In this document: positions 62,614-64,000 of the stretch, one piece after another
Layout of the letters: every line of letters begins with the position of its first letter
Position numbering within the stretch: the first letter of the stretch is position 1
Assembly: GCF_006345805.1 (NCBI RefSeq)
Contig: NC_043005.1
Coordinates: 33,170,001-33,234,000, forward strand
Direction of reading: 5' to 3'
DNA: 64,000 nt
Source: Octopus sinensis
Taxonomy: Eukaryota
The notes under the pieces: generated by a model
Database searches by the model: none
Told to the model about the DNA's origin: nothing
What the model saw: the letters and a program-made list of their open reading frames with translations, nothing else
Program-made: the position numbers and the translations under genes

Positions 62614-63187
62614 GTGTGAGAGAGCAGTGCATGCCATCAAAGTGACACTGGGGTAAAATATACGAAGCCCAGTATACCCATCATGACTACCCGTCTGATA
62701 AGGGTACACTAGGCATATGCATTACAACCATATGTGCGCGACATGATGATCTCATACCAAGATAAACAGCACATGACCTTGCAGGTGGGGCCCAGTTAGA
62801 ATTTTCTTCTGGTCGAGTAACCCATCCCGCTCAAAAGGTCCCTGAATAAGGGTTGTGTAAGGATGTTGAACAAAACACCCATGTTTCCAGAGGAGTATTA
62901 TTCAAACCCCAAAGAATCCCTATCAACACATGGCTATGATTCTCCCCCACTACTTCTGCTCGTGATCAAAGATGCACATATCATCAGCCACTAAGGGACA
63001 TGCTCAACTGGTTAAGGTCAAACTGACAAGCAAATCTGTGGTATTGAGCAGAATATTTTATACCAAGACAAAACAATGTACATGATAACACTTCCAATGT
63101 ACATGATAACAATGTACATGATAACACTTTCAATCAGTTAAGATCAGAAGCCATGAGAGCCACTACCTGGTACTGCATCAAGGCATT
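62613..63187 (-). mobile_element. ~550 bp non-coding repeat, copy 2 of 3
   Basis: As copy 1, with a private deletion near 63057 and a triplicated AATGTACATGATAAC at ~63074-63124. Confidence 0.85.
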
Positions 63188-63226
63188 TATTATTATTATT
63201 ACTATTATCATCATTATTATTATTAC

Positions 63227-63967
<741 letters not shown>

Positions 63968-64000
63968 GGTTAACATAAAAGAAAAGAAAAGAAAAAATAA

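Overview
Eukaryotic, AT-rich, repeat-saturated genomic DNA. The mix of tRNA-derived SINE families, long (TA)n/(TG)n/(ATT)n arrays and CR1/RTE/Tx1 LINEs looks like coleoid cephalopod DNA, probably Octopus (inference from memory of these repeats; not searched). No host protein-coding gene could be supported, and most ORFs in the supplied track are microsatellite artefacts. Main content: (1) A near-full-length CR1-group LINE at ~8.65-13.3 kb. Its reconstructed ORF1 combines a Myb/SANT-like domain, poly-Q and two CCCH zinc fingers. Its APE-RT ORF2 has no ATG upstream of the endonuclease and opens in the -1 frame just before an in-phase U UUU UUA heptamer. (2) Further decayed CR1, RTE, Tx1/L1, Helitron, MULE and Tc1/mariner copies, including one almost intact DD34D mariner. 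(3) A 5S rRNA pseudogene and three SINE families. (4) About eleven minimal type I hammerhead-ribozyme motifs of the Penelope-like-element kind, from intact to decayed. Several lie in foldback elements carrying mirror-image ribozymes on both strands. (5) An (ATT)n array holding serial same-orientation insertions. Boundaries of decayed elements are approximate.
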